A program made the position numbers and the translations under genes. Of a DNA stretch of 64,000 bases, positions 29,055 to 38,875 are shown piece by piece. How positions within the stretch are numbered: the stretch's first letter is position 1; every line of letters starts with the position of its first letter. The stretch is from Candidatus Multivoradales bacterium (GTDB taxonomy: Bacteria > Acidobacteriota > Thermoanaerobaculia > Multivoradales > J023): NCBI GenBank assembly GCA_965248925.1, contig CBDFLE010000006.1, positions 3,872,001 to 3,936,000 of the forward strand, in the 5' to 3' direction. The notes beneath the pieces were generated by a model. That model was not told the DNA's origin, did not search any database, and saw only the letters and a program-made list of their open reading frames with translations.

Positions 29055-30140
29055 CTAGAGCGCCCTCTTGGCTTTGCGCACGGCGACGCCGATCTGGCGG
29101 CTCAGGTCCGCCGCGCTGCGACTGCCCCAGCCCGAGCTGCGGTAGACCACCACACCTTGATGATCGACCACCAGGTGGGTTGGAAACTTCCTCACCTGAA
29201 ACACGCTGCCGGTCAAGCGGCGATCCTGATCCGAGATCTGTGGCCAGGTCATGCCACGCTCGGCGACGAAAGCCCGCAGGGTGGATTCTTCGTCACCGCT
29301 GTTGATGCTCACGAAGACGAACGGGCTGTCGGCAAAGCGTTTGTTGAGCCGCTTGAGCTCCGGGATCGAGGCGACGCAGGGCGGACACCAGGTACCCCAG
29401 AAGTCGATCAGCACCACCTTGCCGAGCAGATCTTCGGAGGTGAGATACTCGCCGGCCAAGGTGGCAGATTCGAAATCGGGGATCAATGGCACTCGAGCAC
29501 GGCGCGGATTGTGGACCAGCGCTCGGGCGAGTTCTTCCTCCCTGCCTCTGGGCTTCTGAGCGAGAAAGGTCTCGAGTTCGGCAATGCCCTCGCTGTCGCG
29601 CCCTAGCTTGAGCAACACCAGGCCGAGGTTGAAATACACCACCGGAGAGCTTTGATCGAAGTCCAAGGTGCGGCGAAAAGCCTGCGCCGCCTGTTCGAGT
29701 TGGGCCGGGTCGTTGTCTCGCTGGCCTTCGAGCAGAGCTCGGCCGCGTTGATTGTGGGCACGGGCGCGGTCGAAATCGGACGGCGCGAGATCAATCGCCG
29801 TATCGGCTCGGCGGATCGCTTCCTTGTGGGCGCCGAGTTGATTGAAGGCTAGCGCCAGGCCCAGGGAGCAGCGGAAGACCGGCGCGTCGGCGAGCTTCTC
29901 GGCTTTCTTGAAGGCCTTGACCGCGGCTCGGTAGTCACTCTTCGCGAGGTGTTCTTCGGCTTCGATCAAGGATTGCTCAGCGGCCTGAGAGTCTGCCCAG
30001 GTCGGTGCCGCCAAGGTGGCGAAAATGAAGAGTAGCAACGGGATCGAGGGCAGTGGGCGAAAGCGAGTGAGGGAAGGAGGGGTCTGCCGCTGGGCAGATC
30101 TGAAATTGTCACTAGGAGGTGGCATCGATCTAGTCCTCAT
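29055..30140 (-). CDS. Exported TPR-repeat + TlpA/redoxin domain protein
   Basis: Signal peptide, TPR helices and GKVVLIDFWGTWCPPC. Confidence 0.88.
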   Translation of the reverse strand: MRTRSMPPPSDNFRSAQRQTPPSLTRFRPLPSIPLLLFIFATLAAPTWADSQAAEQSLIEAEEHLAKSDYRAAVKAFKKAEKLADAPVFRCSLGLALAFNQLGAHKEAIRRADTAIDLAPSDFDRARAHNQRGRALLEGQRDNDPAQLEQAAQAFRRTLDFDQSSPVVYFNLGLVLLKLGRDSEGIAELETFLAQKPRGREEELARALVHNPRRARVPLIPDFESATLAGEYLTSEDLLGKVVLIDFWGTWCPPCVASIPELKRLNKRFADSPFVFVSINSGDEESTLRAFVAERGMTWPQISDQDRRLTGSVFQVRKFPTHLVVDHQGVVVYRSSGWGSRSAADLSRQIGVAVRKAKRAL

Positions 30141-30245
30141 AAGTAAAATAAATCAGTGAGTTGGGAGAATCACGGTGATTTATAGGGGGCAATGGGTCAA
30201 CGTGGCTTAAACCCTAGTCGTCAGATACACAATAAATTCGCTCGA

Positions 30246-31511
30246 TTACGGTAACTTCTCGGCAATCTTCGGGCGCTCCTGCGGCATCGCTGCCCATATT
30301 ACTAATCGCAGCTCACTGTCGTCGAGGACCGAGTACTCGGGGGTCCGTCCTGACAATTCCTGACTCTCCTCGAGAATGATCGGCACCCCGTCGCCACGCC
30401 GATCCATGAGGTGCGATCGGCCGAGGCCTGCTGATTTCGGGCTGGGGCAGCGCGCGAGTAGAGAGGCGATCAGCTCATTTCTGCGGTATTGACGTAAGGG
30501 CATGCTATCCGGGGTAAGAGTATTGGCCAGTCCGCCTGGAACGAATAATTCGATGCGATCCCGGAACATATGCAGGCGTATTCTGGCCCCGGCCATCGCG
30601 CAGTCGCGGTGGGCCACCGCGTTGACCAGAGCCTCGAAGATCGCTCGTTGGCTGAACTGTGGTTGCTCCTCGCGGGCAGTCGCTTTGGTAGCTTCGATTC
30701 GGCTGTTGCGGCGCACGAAATGGAGGGCTTCCGCGACTTGAACATCCAGCGGGCCGCCAAGATCTCGGGCATCGTTCTGGTAGTTGATGTCCTGTCGGGA
30801 TCCGGCGTAGCTGACCGTCTGGATCTCGGCGTGGGGAAGCCAGCGTTGTGGCTCCTGGGTCGCTAACAACACTCCGGAAACGGTCATCCTGGCTTGGCCA
30901 CCATGGTCTTCGGCGATGAGCCGCAGCTTACGCAGGGTAGTTCCGTCTAATTCATTTCCTGGACGCAGAAACTGCCGCACCCGGTCGTCATCGAGGTCTT
31001 GCGGAGAAGAGCCGGGGACTGTTGACTCGTCGAAGCGGATCACCCGGGTCTGGCTCCTTTCCTGGAACAGCCGCGCCAGCAGCTCAGGTGCCATCTCTCG
31101 CTTCGAGCTGCCGAGCCGGCGGAAGTATCCGCCAGGACTCTTGTGGACGAAGAGGCTATGGGGAACGTCGACCTGGATCAGCGGCACCAATTTCCCCGTT
31201 GAGTCGGGTAACTCGAGCTTGAGGATGATGGCGTAGAGCGCCGGCTTGACGGAGTCATTGCAGATCTCGCGTACCCACTTCTCCACTCCATCGAGTCGTT
31301 CCAGGGGTAGCCCTATAACCTCTCGAGTTTCATCGTCGACGCCTAGGACGACTGTTCCATCTCGCCCGTTGGCGAAGGCTGCCAGCTCATCAGCGAAGGC
31401 ATTGCGGAGAGGCTCCTTGACCCGCTCACCGGCCAGCAGCAAACGTTTGAATTCCAACTCGGAGTCCTCTCCGAGGCGAATCCGGCGTGCAAGATCAGTC
31501 AGCTCTGCCAT
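30246..31511 (-). CDS. Schlafen/AlbA_2 domain protein with RecG-C/HATPase_c_4-type C-terminal domain
   Basis: GEDSELEFK, AAFANGRDGTVVLGVDD, EALVNAVAHRD, RIELFVPGGL, RNELIA and RGDG. Confidence 0.87.
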   Translation of the reverse strand: MAELTDLARRIRLGEDSELEFKRLLLAGERVKEPLRNAFADELAAFANGRDGTVVLGVDDETREVIGLPLERLDGVEKWVREICNDSVKPALYAIILKLELPDSTGKLVPLIQVDVPHSLFVHKSPGGYFRRLGSSKREMAPELLARLFQERSQTRVIRFDESTVPGSSPQDLDDDRVRQFLRPGNELDGTTLRKLRLIAEDHGGQARMTVSGVLLATQEPQRWLPHAEIQTVSYAGSRQDINYQNDARDLGGPLDVQVAEALHFVRRNSRIEATKATAREEQPQFSQRAIFEALVNAVAHRDCAMAGARIRLHMFRDRIELFVPGGLANTLTPDSMPLRQYRRNELIASLLARCPSPKSAGLGRSHLMDRRGDGVPIILEESQELSGRTPEYSVLDDSELRLVIWAAMPQERPKIAEKLP

Positions 31512-34234
31512 CGGCTGTCCCTCTGTGGGTCATGATCCGGCGGTAGCGGGTCTCGAATGCCTCGCGCCCGCCTTCCATGACTCGACATATCTCGTCTCGT
31601 CCTTGCTGCTCCTGAAGACCGCCTACGAAAGCAGGGTGGGTTTGGCCGGACTTGGCTTCGAGGGATATCACCAGCTCTGCATCCCCATGCACGACGATGT
31701 TGGGATTGTGGGTCACCACGATAATTTGGCGGCTTTTCTTTTGCTCGCGTAGACGTTGCACCAACAGATCATAGATCAAGATGCTGTCAAGGTCGTCCTC
31801 GGGCTGATCTAGAAGTATGGGTTCGCTGCCGTAGCCGAGCACGAAGGCCAGTAGCGCTGCTGTCTGCTGGCCGGGAGAGCCTTGAGCTAAGTCTCTTGAG
31901 CTTCTTTTTGGATCCCGCGGGTCAGTGAAGCTCACTTTGACCGCATCCTCGGGCTGGTATAAGGCTAGTCGATCTAGCCGCTCAGGGTGGAGGTCCCTTA
32001 GCTTCCTGACGAAACGTAGATCCGCAGCGTCTCGTTCCATTTCTGGATCAGTGAGCAGGCGCCGCAAGTTCTCAACCTCCTGGTCTAACTGATCGAAGCA
32101 CCAAGCTCCGCCAACTCCAGAGGTCAGCCGCTCTGCTAGTTGTCGATGGTCTTCCTCGAAGTGATCGATACTCAGGGCTTTGCGTAAGAACTCCTTGCTG
32201 GCTTGGCGATCACCGTTGACATCAATCACCACCTGGATCAGATCGCTGGACGCCTTTTTGGCAAAGCCTTCGCGGCTTTTTCCGTGCTCTGTGCGCAGCT
32301 TGCGGAAGCGCCGCAGTGCTGTTTCGGCATCCTCTTCTTTCTTTGTCGCCACCTTGTCAGTCTCTTCAAGGGTGCTGATATTTCGCTTCAAGTTAGTTGC
32401 GGTTTGGAGCAAATATCGGTACTCGTCCGGGTTGGAGATACCAGCTTCAGCCAGTTCTAGGGAGACCTGCTGAAAGGCCTCGTCGCTGGCCTTTGTCGCC
32501 TCCTGCCAGGCGGTCGCGTTAGCCCCATCTCGTACTTTGTGCAACTGGAGTTGGGCTTCTTCAACCGCTGAGAGCACAGCTCTCTGGAAACCTTCGACTA
32601 CGTCTTGCAATTCCCGGTGGGCATCGCGAAGAGCTTTTGAGGCCTTGGCTTCCACTGAGTCGGCGCTCAGACCGAGATCGGCAACGCCCAACTCCTGCGC
32701 GGCTTCTTCGACGGCCGCGACACCTGCGACGGAGTCGGCTAGAACCGATCGCCAGGTATTTTCCAGATTCCTATGGCTGCGGAATTGGTTGAGAATCTCA
32801 GCGTTGCCACCCTGCTCCAGCACAGTGATTTTTTCTATCCACATCGGCCAAAGTCGCTCTTAGCGCCGGCAGTTCTTCCGCACCAGTTCGCAGGGCGCGG
32901 GCCTCAGCCCTCAGCGACAGATAGCTATCGTGTTCCTGCTTACTCTTTCGCCGCCACTCCGTACCGCCGACTTCATCAGTATCGTCAATCACGGTGAGCA
33001 AGGCGCTCGGTCTGGTTGCGAGATCGAAGAGCTGTTTCTGGCTGTAGATGCGGACCGGAAAGCGTTGACGGATGTCACCTTCCTCGGCAAGCCAGTTGTC
33101 GCCGTCCTGGCGTTGGATAGACGGCTTCTGTTTCTGTTTTTCCCAGGTCAGGCGGAAGCGTTCCCCAGATTTACGGTAGGTCAGCTCAAGCACGGTCTCG
33201 GAGGTCAGCAGCCCTTCGGCATTGCGGTCGGGTGGGACTCGCAGACGTCTGTCGAACTTGGCACGGAGGGAGTCGTCACCACCTGTCGGTAGCTCTTCCC
33301 CGCGGCGCAAAGTCTTGCGGCAGAAGTCGATCAGGGTCGATTTGCCGGTACCACGGCCGCCGATAATTGCGTTGAACCAGGGATTGAAGGCTACGGTCAA
33401 GGATTTGCTACGGCCGATGTACTTAGCTTTGTCGACCGTTATGCTCTCGATGGCGAGGTCCGGGACCCGATTGGGATCGAAGCTATCGCCTTTCATTGCC
33501 GGTCGCAGAGAAGTATCACCGTCCTGGAGAGCGAGTCTGAGCCCCACGATGTCGGGCCTGGTCATTTTGATCCAGGTGAAGCGGCACCCTGCCTGGTCAA
33601 AGTCGTGGCTGTCCGAGCTGGAAATTTGGGGCAAAGACCGCCCAATCTCTGGGTGGCTGCCGTCGAGCCAAGAACCATCGAGCTGCTTGTCGGGCACCAT
33701 CTCTACCGCTAGCAGCTCCGGATGCTTCAGAACTGCGATGCGCTGCTCGCCTCTAAGCAGCAAGAGGCCATTCTCGTCGTTGGCGTGGGCACTCACCACA
33801 ACGGCACTGCTTTCTTTCCCGAGATCGAGAAGCTTCTCAATGCTGAGTGTTGAGCGCGCTTTCTGTTTGCCCCGGTGCTCGATCGGGACAGCAGTTTGGG
33901 TGAGCAGAGCGTCGACGTGCTCCTCGCCGCAACCTGGGTCGAAGAGGAAGAGCAAATGGGTTCTATCGCAGGCGGTGATCTCGACCCCAGCGAAAAGGAC
34001 CGGGGGATTTTCGACCTTCTTTGCTACTTGCTGGAGGTGATCGACAGCCTTGGCGGTGTTGTGGTCAGTGATCGCCACTGCCTGGAGACCAGCGTCACGA
34101 GCGGCCTCGGTCCAGCGCCGCCAGTCCGGTTCGGCGCGATCCGCCGGGGTCCCGAAGTCGTAAGATGCAGGAGTGTGCGCATGAAGATCGACCCGCCACC
34201 AGCGGGAACCAGGCCAGTCCCAGGGCGTGTTCAT
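31495..34234 (-). CDS. PHP-domain + SMC/ABC-type ATPase (TrlF/Ppl-like), split by a +1 frameshift at an A6 run (32829-32834)
   Basis: PHP motifs DLHAHTPAS, AITDHN, GVEIT, SDSH. Walker A IIGGRGTGKST, signature SPGQQ, Walker B LLDQPEDDLD, H-loop VTHNPN. Removing one A joins ...DVDRK to ITVLEQG..., giving about 912 aa. Confidence 0.85.
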
Positions 34235-34401
34235 GGTCCGTTCCTCTCTTGCGCCGTGTCTATCCAGGTCGCTTTCGCGATTCGCATGGGTGTAGTTTCG
34301 CACATCCGGCCGCTGGGCGAATGAGAGCACTTCGGGAATTGTCCCGTGGTGCTCTGTCGGTGCTTTGTGGCTTAGAGCTGGTTGCTTTCCTGCCGCCTTG
34401 C

Positions 34402-36081
34402 TCAACTAGCGAAATACTCGTCGAGCAACTCGAGGGCGCGGGCGTACATGGCGATTTGGCGCCGCGGCTTGTCGTAGTGCAGGGCGGGCATGCTGGCGAA
34501 CAGCAGGGCGGTGATCAGCAGCACCTGGCGGCGGTCGAAGGTGGGGAAGAAGACCTGCTCGAAGCGTTGTCGGATCTCGCCATGCTGGGGCAAGGAGCGG
34601 ATCTCGAGCTGCACCTCTGGGCCGTCGGTCTCGACTTGGAAGAGGTCGTTGACGATCAGATCGTAGAGGCCGTAGACCGAGTGGTAGAGCTTGGCGACGT
34701 CGTAGCGCGGGTCGCCGTAGATTCCCGGCACGCCAAAGCTGCCCCGTGGGTCGATCAACTTGCAGATGCCGGCCGCCAGGTCGTAGAGGATGTTGGACAG
34801 GCACAAGTCGCCGTGCATGACGGCACCCTCGGCGCTGGCATCTAGCTCGGTGATCGCCCGCTCTAGCTGCGGCCAGAGGCTGTTCATGCTACGTACTCGG
34901 CGGCCGTTGAGGCGCACCCAGCCGTTGGCCTCGACCAGCCGCAGCAGCTCCGGCGGGCCGTTCAGCTCGGCTAGCCGGTGGCGGGTTTTCTCCAGATACA
35001 TCTGCCGTACAGCGCCAGCCGGTAGCGGTCGGCGGTCGGTCATGAAGGCTTCTTCGAGGATGTGCCGCAGGTGCTGGAAGACGCGTTCCCACAGGCCCGG
35101 ATCGAGGGACTCGAAGACGAAGGCGTCGGCCAGGTTGGGGTAACCGTAGTACTCCTGGGTCAGGTGTGGACTGTGCCAGTCGGTGGAGTAGTCCACCAGG
35201 CGAGGGAATAGCACTTGTAGCTTGGGGGGTAGCAAGCGCAGAAAGTTGATTTCGTCGATGAACTTCTCGACCTTGCGACTGCGCTTGGTTATCAGGCCGA
35301 AATGAGGGTCGACTTCTAGCTCGTTGAAGTCTCGTTTTTGCAGTAGCGCTCGGTGCGAGCTGGCATGGTGGTCGGGGTTGCCGCAGTCGAGCCAGTCGCC
35401 AGCGCGCTCGACGCGAATCGGCGAGGTGGCCGCAATGCCTTCGAGGATGGCGGCCATCTCGGTGCGTTGGTCGGCTTGGGTGGCTTGCGCGACAGCGCTA
35501 TCGGCGGCGGCGCGGAGGTGGTCGAGGTCGGGAAAATGATAGACCCCGATCAACGCTTCGAGTGCGCTATCACCCGCCGGCACCAGGCCTGGTTGCTTAT
35601 CGCGCAGGCGGTTGAGGGTGCCGTCCTCGCGGCTCTCGGCGATGCACCAGCGGTAGGATTCCTCGACCGGGCTGACCAACACCGCTGGGCGTGGGTCGGC
35701 CAGTAGCGCCGGATCTTGGAGCTGGAAGTGGGTGTCGCCGAGCACCACCAGAGCGCTGCCCTCGCCCGCTGCCGCCGCCAGCGCTTGTACCGTGTCGCCG
35801 AGCCCGCCGGTGCGTTCTGGTACCAAGAACTCGACTTCGCAGCGCGAGCCGAAGGCGCATTCGACGAAGTCCTCGACAAATAGACCGCGCCTCGCTACCG
35901 CTACCAAGAAACGGCGCAGGCCGAGAGAATGCAGGTACGAAATCGTCCAGTGGATGACCGGCCGGCCGGCCACCGGGATCATCGCCGGGCAGGAAATGTT
36001 AGCCAGGCCGAGAACTCCTTCGGGTACCGGACCGGCGGCTGGAATCAATACGGTGGTGTCGGTAAAATCAGCTTCGGACAC
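34402..36081 (-). CDS. Bifunctional nucleotidyltransferase-like + APH/choline-kinase-like capsule biosynthesis protein
   Basis: N-terminal LIPAAG, VLGD, WLDCG. C-terminal kinase motifs MHGDLCLSNIL, IDPRG and DPRYDVAKL. Confidence 0.85.
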   Translation of the reverse strand: MSEADFTDTTVLIPAAGPVPEGVLGLANISCPAMIPVAGRPVIHWTISYLHSLGLRRFLVAVARRGLFVEDFVECAFGSRCEVEFLVPERTGGLGDTVQALAAAAGEGSALVVLGDTHFQLQDPALLADPRPAVLVSPVEESYRWCIAESREDGTLNRLRDKQPGLVPAGDSALEALIGVYHFPDLDHLRAAADSAVAQATQADQRTEMAAILEGIAATSPIRVERAGDWLDCGNPDHHASSHRALLQKRDFNELEVDPHFGLITKRSRKVEKFIDEINFLRLLPPKLQVLFPRLVDYSTDWHSPHLTQEYYGYPNLADAFVFESLDPGLWERVFQHLRHILEEAFMTDRRPLPAGAVRQMYLEKTRHRLAELNGPPELLRLVEANGWVRLNGRRVRSMNSLWPQLERAITELDASAEGAVMHGDLCLSNILYDLAAGICKLIDPRGSFGVPGIYGDPRYDVAKLYHSVYGLYDLIVNDLFQVETDGPEVQLEIRSLPQHGEIRQRFEQVFFPTFDRRQVLLITALLFASMPALHYDKPRRQIAMYARALELLDEYFAS

Positions 36082-36139
36082 TGCGGCTCACTTGGTTTGG
36101 CTATACCTGTTGCGCAGATCTCCTGCGAAGGGAGCGTCC

Positions 36140-36145
36140 ATTATA
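36140..36145 (-). promoter_or_regulatory. Candidate sigma70 -10 box for the intact nucleotidyltransferase-kinase gene
   Basis: Perfect TATAAT on the minus strand about 60 nt upstream of the start, in a GC-rich background. No clear -35 box. Confidence 0.4.
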
Positions 36146-36148
36146 TGC

Positions 36149-37716
36149 CTAGTCGCTGCCGGCCGGTTCACAGTCCCCGCCAGCCGAGCGTAGGATGACC
36201 GCGGTGGGCATTTGCCGCGTCAGGCGTAGGTCGAGGTGATGCTGAATCTCTTCCAGACTGGCCCGGTCGGCGTCGAGGGTCGCCGGAAATACCACAACTT
36301 GCCCGCAGCTCGCCTGCAGGCGAGTGGCCAGGGTGGCCATCTCTCCAGCGAAGGTCTCGTTGGGTTGGTGGCTGGTCAGGAGTCGTTTGAGGGGTAACTC
36401 TTGCACTCGACGCCCGGCGAAGTAACCAAGAACGAGATGCTCGTTGCTGACCACCAGCGTGCCTGGCGGCAGGGCGCGAACCGCCACCACTGCTTCGTTC
36501 TGCCGCCACTCCCTGGAGCCAAAGCCAAGCTCTGGCTGTCGCGCCACCACTGACCAGCTGTGGACTCCCCGCAGGGCGAAGAGCAGCACGAAAGCGACCA
36601 CTCCCCACCATTGCCAGCGGCGCAAGGGGTGGTTCACTCCGTTGCGGCGAACTAGCTCAAGCGCTGGCGCGATGGCGGTCAGAGCAAGGGTGAAGAAGGG
36701 TAGGAGAATGCGGTTATGAAGATTGGTGTCGGCGTCGACGAAGATCAGCGAGAACAAGATGAACACCAGATATCCGCCGGCCATCAGGAGCAGTGTCTGT
36801 AGGGTCTTGCGTGGTCGTGGCTGGCCGCGGGCAGCTCGCCAACTCCAAGCCAGCAGAAAGAGACCCCGGTGCTGGCCAGGGCGAAAGCAACCATGCTAGG
36901 TAGCCGTAGCCCGGCGGGCAGCAACCAATTGCCGACCACTCGCAGGCCCGAGTCTATTTGCTCAGTCGAGAGGGGGTGAAAAGTCAGGCTGCGATTGGTT
37001 ATCCCGCCTTCAAGCCGCTGGTTACGGAGCAGCCAGAGCAGCAGCGGTGCACCGCCGACCATCGCTGTCCAGCAAGCGAGGCGCCGCCGTCGTTGAGGCG
37101 CGAACAGCCAACAGGCGAGCACCAAGATGGCGACGAAAGGCAGGCCCGCATAGCGGGTGATGGTCGCCGGACCGATCAGCAATGCCGACAAAGTCAGGGC
37201 CGCCGCCGAACCACAGTCGAGGAAGCGTGAGAAAAGCACCACGCTTGAGAGCAACAGGGTGAGAAAAAGGGACTCGGTGAGCAGAATGCGGAAACCGGCC
37301 AAGACCCAAGGAGCCAGAAGAAAAGTCACCGCCACCATTGTGGCGGCGGTATTCCCGGCCCCGGTCCGCCGCGCCAGACAGAACACCAGCACCGCACAGA
37401 GAGCCAGCAGCAGAGGAGCAAGCCAGCGGTAGAACTCGGTAGCACTGCTGTCCAGCAGCGTCGCTGGCGCCAGTACAAGGGGGAAGAGAGGCGGAAAGTG
37501 GGTCATCTGGCTGCCCATTTGATGGGAACCCGGAATCTCGAAACCGCGCCCTTCGGCGACGCTCTGGGCTGCTTCCAGGTAGATCACCGAGTCGCGGCTC
37601 AAGCGAGAGCCAGGCAATAGCAAAGGAACCAACAGCAAGATACCTAGTATGCCGAGCGCGCAGCGCAGCAGAAGCGAACGGGAGATGGATATGGGAAAGC
37701 TGGGGGAAGACGGCAA
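36149..37716 (-). CDS. GT-C fold membrane glycosyltransferase (ArnT/PMT-like), split by a frameshift at a G4 run (36864-36867)
   Basis: DSVIY, HFPPLFP, LTESLF, TRYAG and many TMs. Adding one G gives a continuous ...STGGLFLLAWSW...LLLMAGGYLVF..., about 522 aa. Confidence 0.75.
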
Positions 37717-37759
37717 TTGCTGAATCCTCTGAGGGAGTGGGTCCTTTCGCGGCTAACGG

Positions 37760-37961
37760 CGGCCGAGCCGAGCCACCGCCACCAGGAAACGGCGCAGGCC
37801 GAGGGAATACAAATAGGAGATCGTCCAGTGGATCACCGGCCGGCCACCGGGATCATCGCCGGGCAGGAGATGTTTGCCAGGCCGAGGACTCCTTCGGGCA
37901 CCGGGCCGGCGGCGGGGATCAAGACGGTGGTGTCGGCGATCTTGTCCTTGTCGCCGCTCAC
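37760..37961 (-). pseudogene. 5' remnant of a third copy of the nucleotidyltransferase-kinase gene
   Basis: GTG overlapping the methyltransferase stop. Reads DTTVLIPAAGPVPEGVLGLANISCPAMIPVAG, then after a frameshift VIHWTISYLYSLGLRRFLVAVAR, then similarity ends. Confidence 0.88.
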
Positions 37962-38875
37962 GAAATGCTCTCCTCGGAGGTCTTCTGCAGTAGGGCGGCG
38001 GCTCCGGTCGAGAGGATCTCCAACAGTTTCGAACGCTCCAATCGGGGAGCGATCTTGCGCAGCACACGTCCCAGCGGGGTCGGGAAAAGGCGGAATTTCT
38101 TGACCCGAAAACCACACTCTTGGGCCATCTGGCGAAAGCTTCGGTAGGTGATGTCGTTGAGGTCGCCGTAGCGTCGTAAATCGCGCACCCGCCGGGGATC
38201 ATCGCGCAGCCCTGGGTAGAGATCTAGCAGCTCGGGGCGCTTCGCGGCTTGGATGCGCATTGCCTCGATGATGGTCTTCTCCGAGAACAGCAGGTTGGCC
38301 CAGGGAAGTTTGAGGCCGTGTTTCAGATGCAGGCCGTACTTGCTCTTGATCGAACTGAAAATCGGTGCCACCAGCAGGCCGCCGGGCTTGAGCACTCGGT
38401 GCATTTCAGCGAGAACCGCTTGGGGCTCAGTGAAGTGTTCGAAGACGTTGTCGGCGTAGACCAAGTCGATGGAGGCATCCGCGAAGGCCAGTTCGGTGGC
38501 GTTCATTGGCAAGAAAGTTGCTGCCAGCGGGCGTCCGCTTTCCCTTTCGATTCGTCCTTTGAGTTCGTCGGCAAAGACCAAGTTGCGGCGGTTCAGATCG
38601 ATGCCGACGACCGACTTTGCGCCGAGTCCGGCCAGGTAGCAGCTGATACCGCCGTGGCCGCAGCCGACCTCCAGGATTTTCAGCCCCCACAGTGGCGGTA
38701 CACCGGTGAGGCGCAGGCCGGAACTCATCTTGCGGGTGTACTGAGCCACCGCGTAGGCCCGCTCGAACTCGTCCGAACCTGGCTCGGCACCGAGCTTCTC
38801 GGTCCGCTGGCGTACCGGGTTGGGCCAACGGGAAGCGAAGAAACTGAGGATTCTGCTGCGAATGCTATAGCTCAT
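37958..38875 (-). CDS. Class I SAM-dependent methyltransferase
   Basis: ILEVGCGHGG, GIDL, FEHF and RVLKPGG. Confidence 0.9.
   Translation of the reverse strand: MSYSIRSRILSFFASRWPNPVRQRTEKLGAEPGSDEFERAYAVAQYTRKMSSGLRLTGVPPLWGLKILEVGCGHGGISCYLAGLGAKSVVGIDLNRRNLVFADELKGRIERESGRPLAATFLPMNATELAFADASIDLVYADNVFEHFTEPQAVLAEMHRVLKPGGLLVAPIFSSIKSKYGLHLKHGLKLPWANLLFSEKTIIEAMRIQAAKRPELLDLYPGLRDDPRRVRDLRRYGDLNDITYRSFRQMAQECGFRVKKFRLFPTPLGRVLRKIAPRLERSKLLEILSTGAAALLQKTSEESIS

Noticed and set aside
30141-30245. AT-rich spacer with short palindromes (AATCACGGTGATT) as an att site of an integrative element
   Set aside because: No matching second copy and no tyrosine or serine integrase was seen. It is more simply the promoter region of the TPR-TlpA gene.
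24486-36142. AATGGACGC (24486-24494) and GCGTCCATT (36134-36142) as IS1111-type ends of an 11.6-kb cargo element
   Set aside because: The match is only 9 bp. The right copy overlaps a plausible TATAAT promoter, and the IS110 has its own apparent right end near 26035. Insufficient support.
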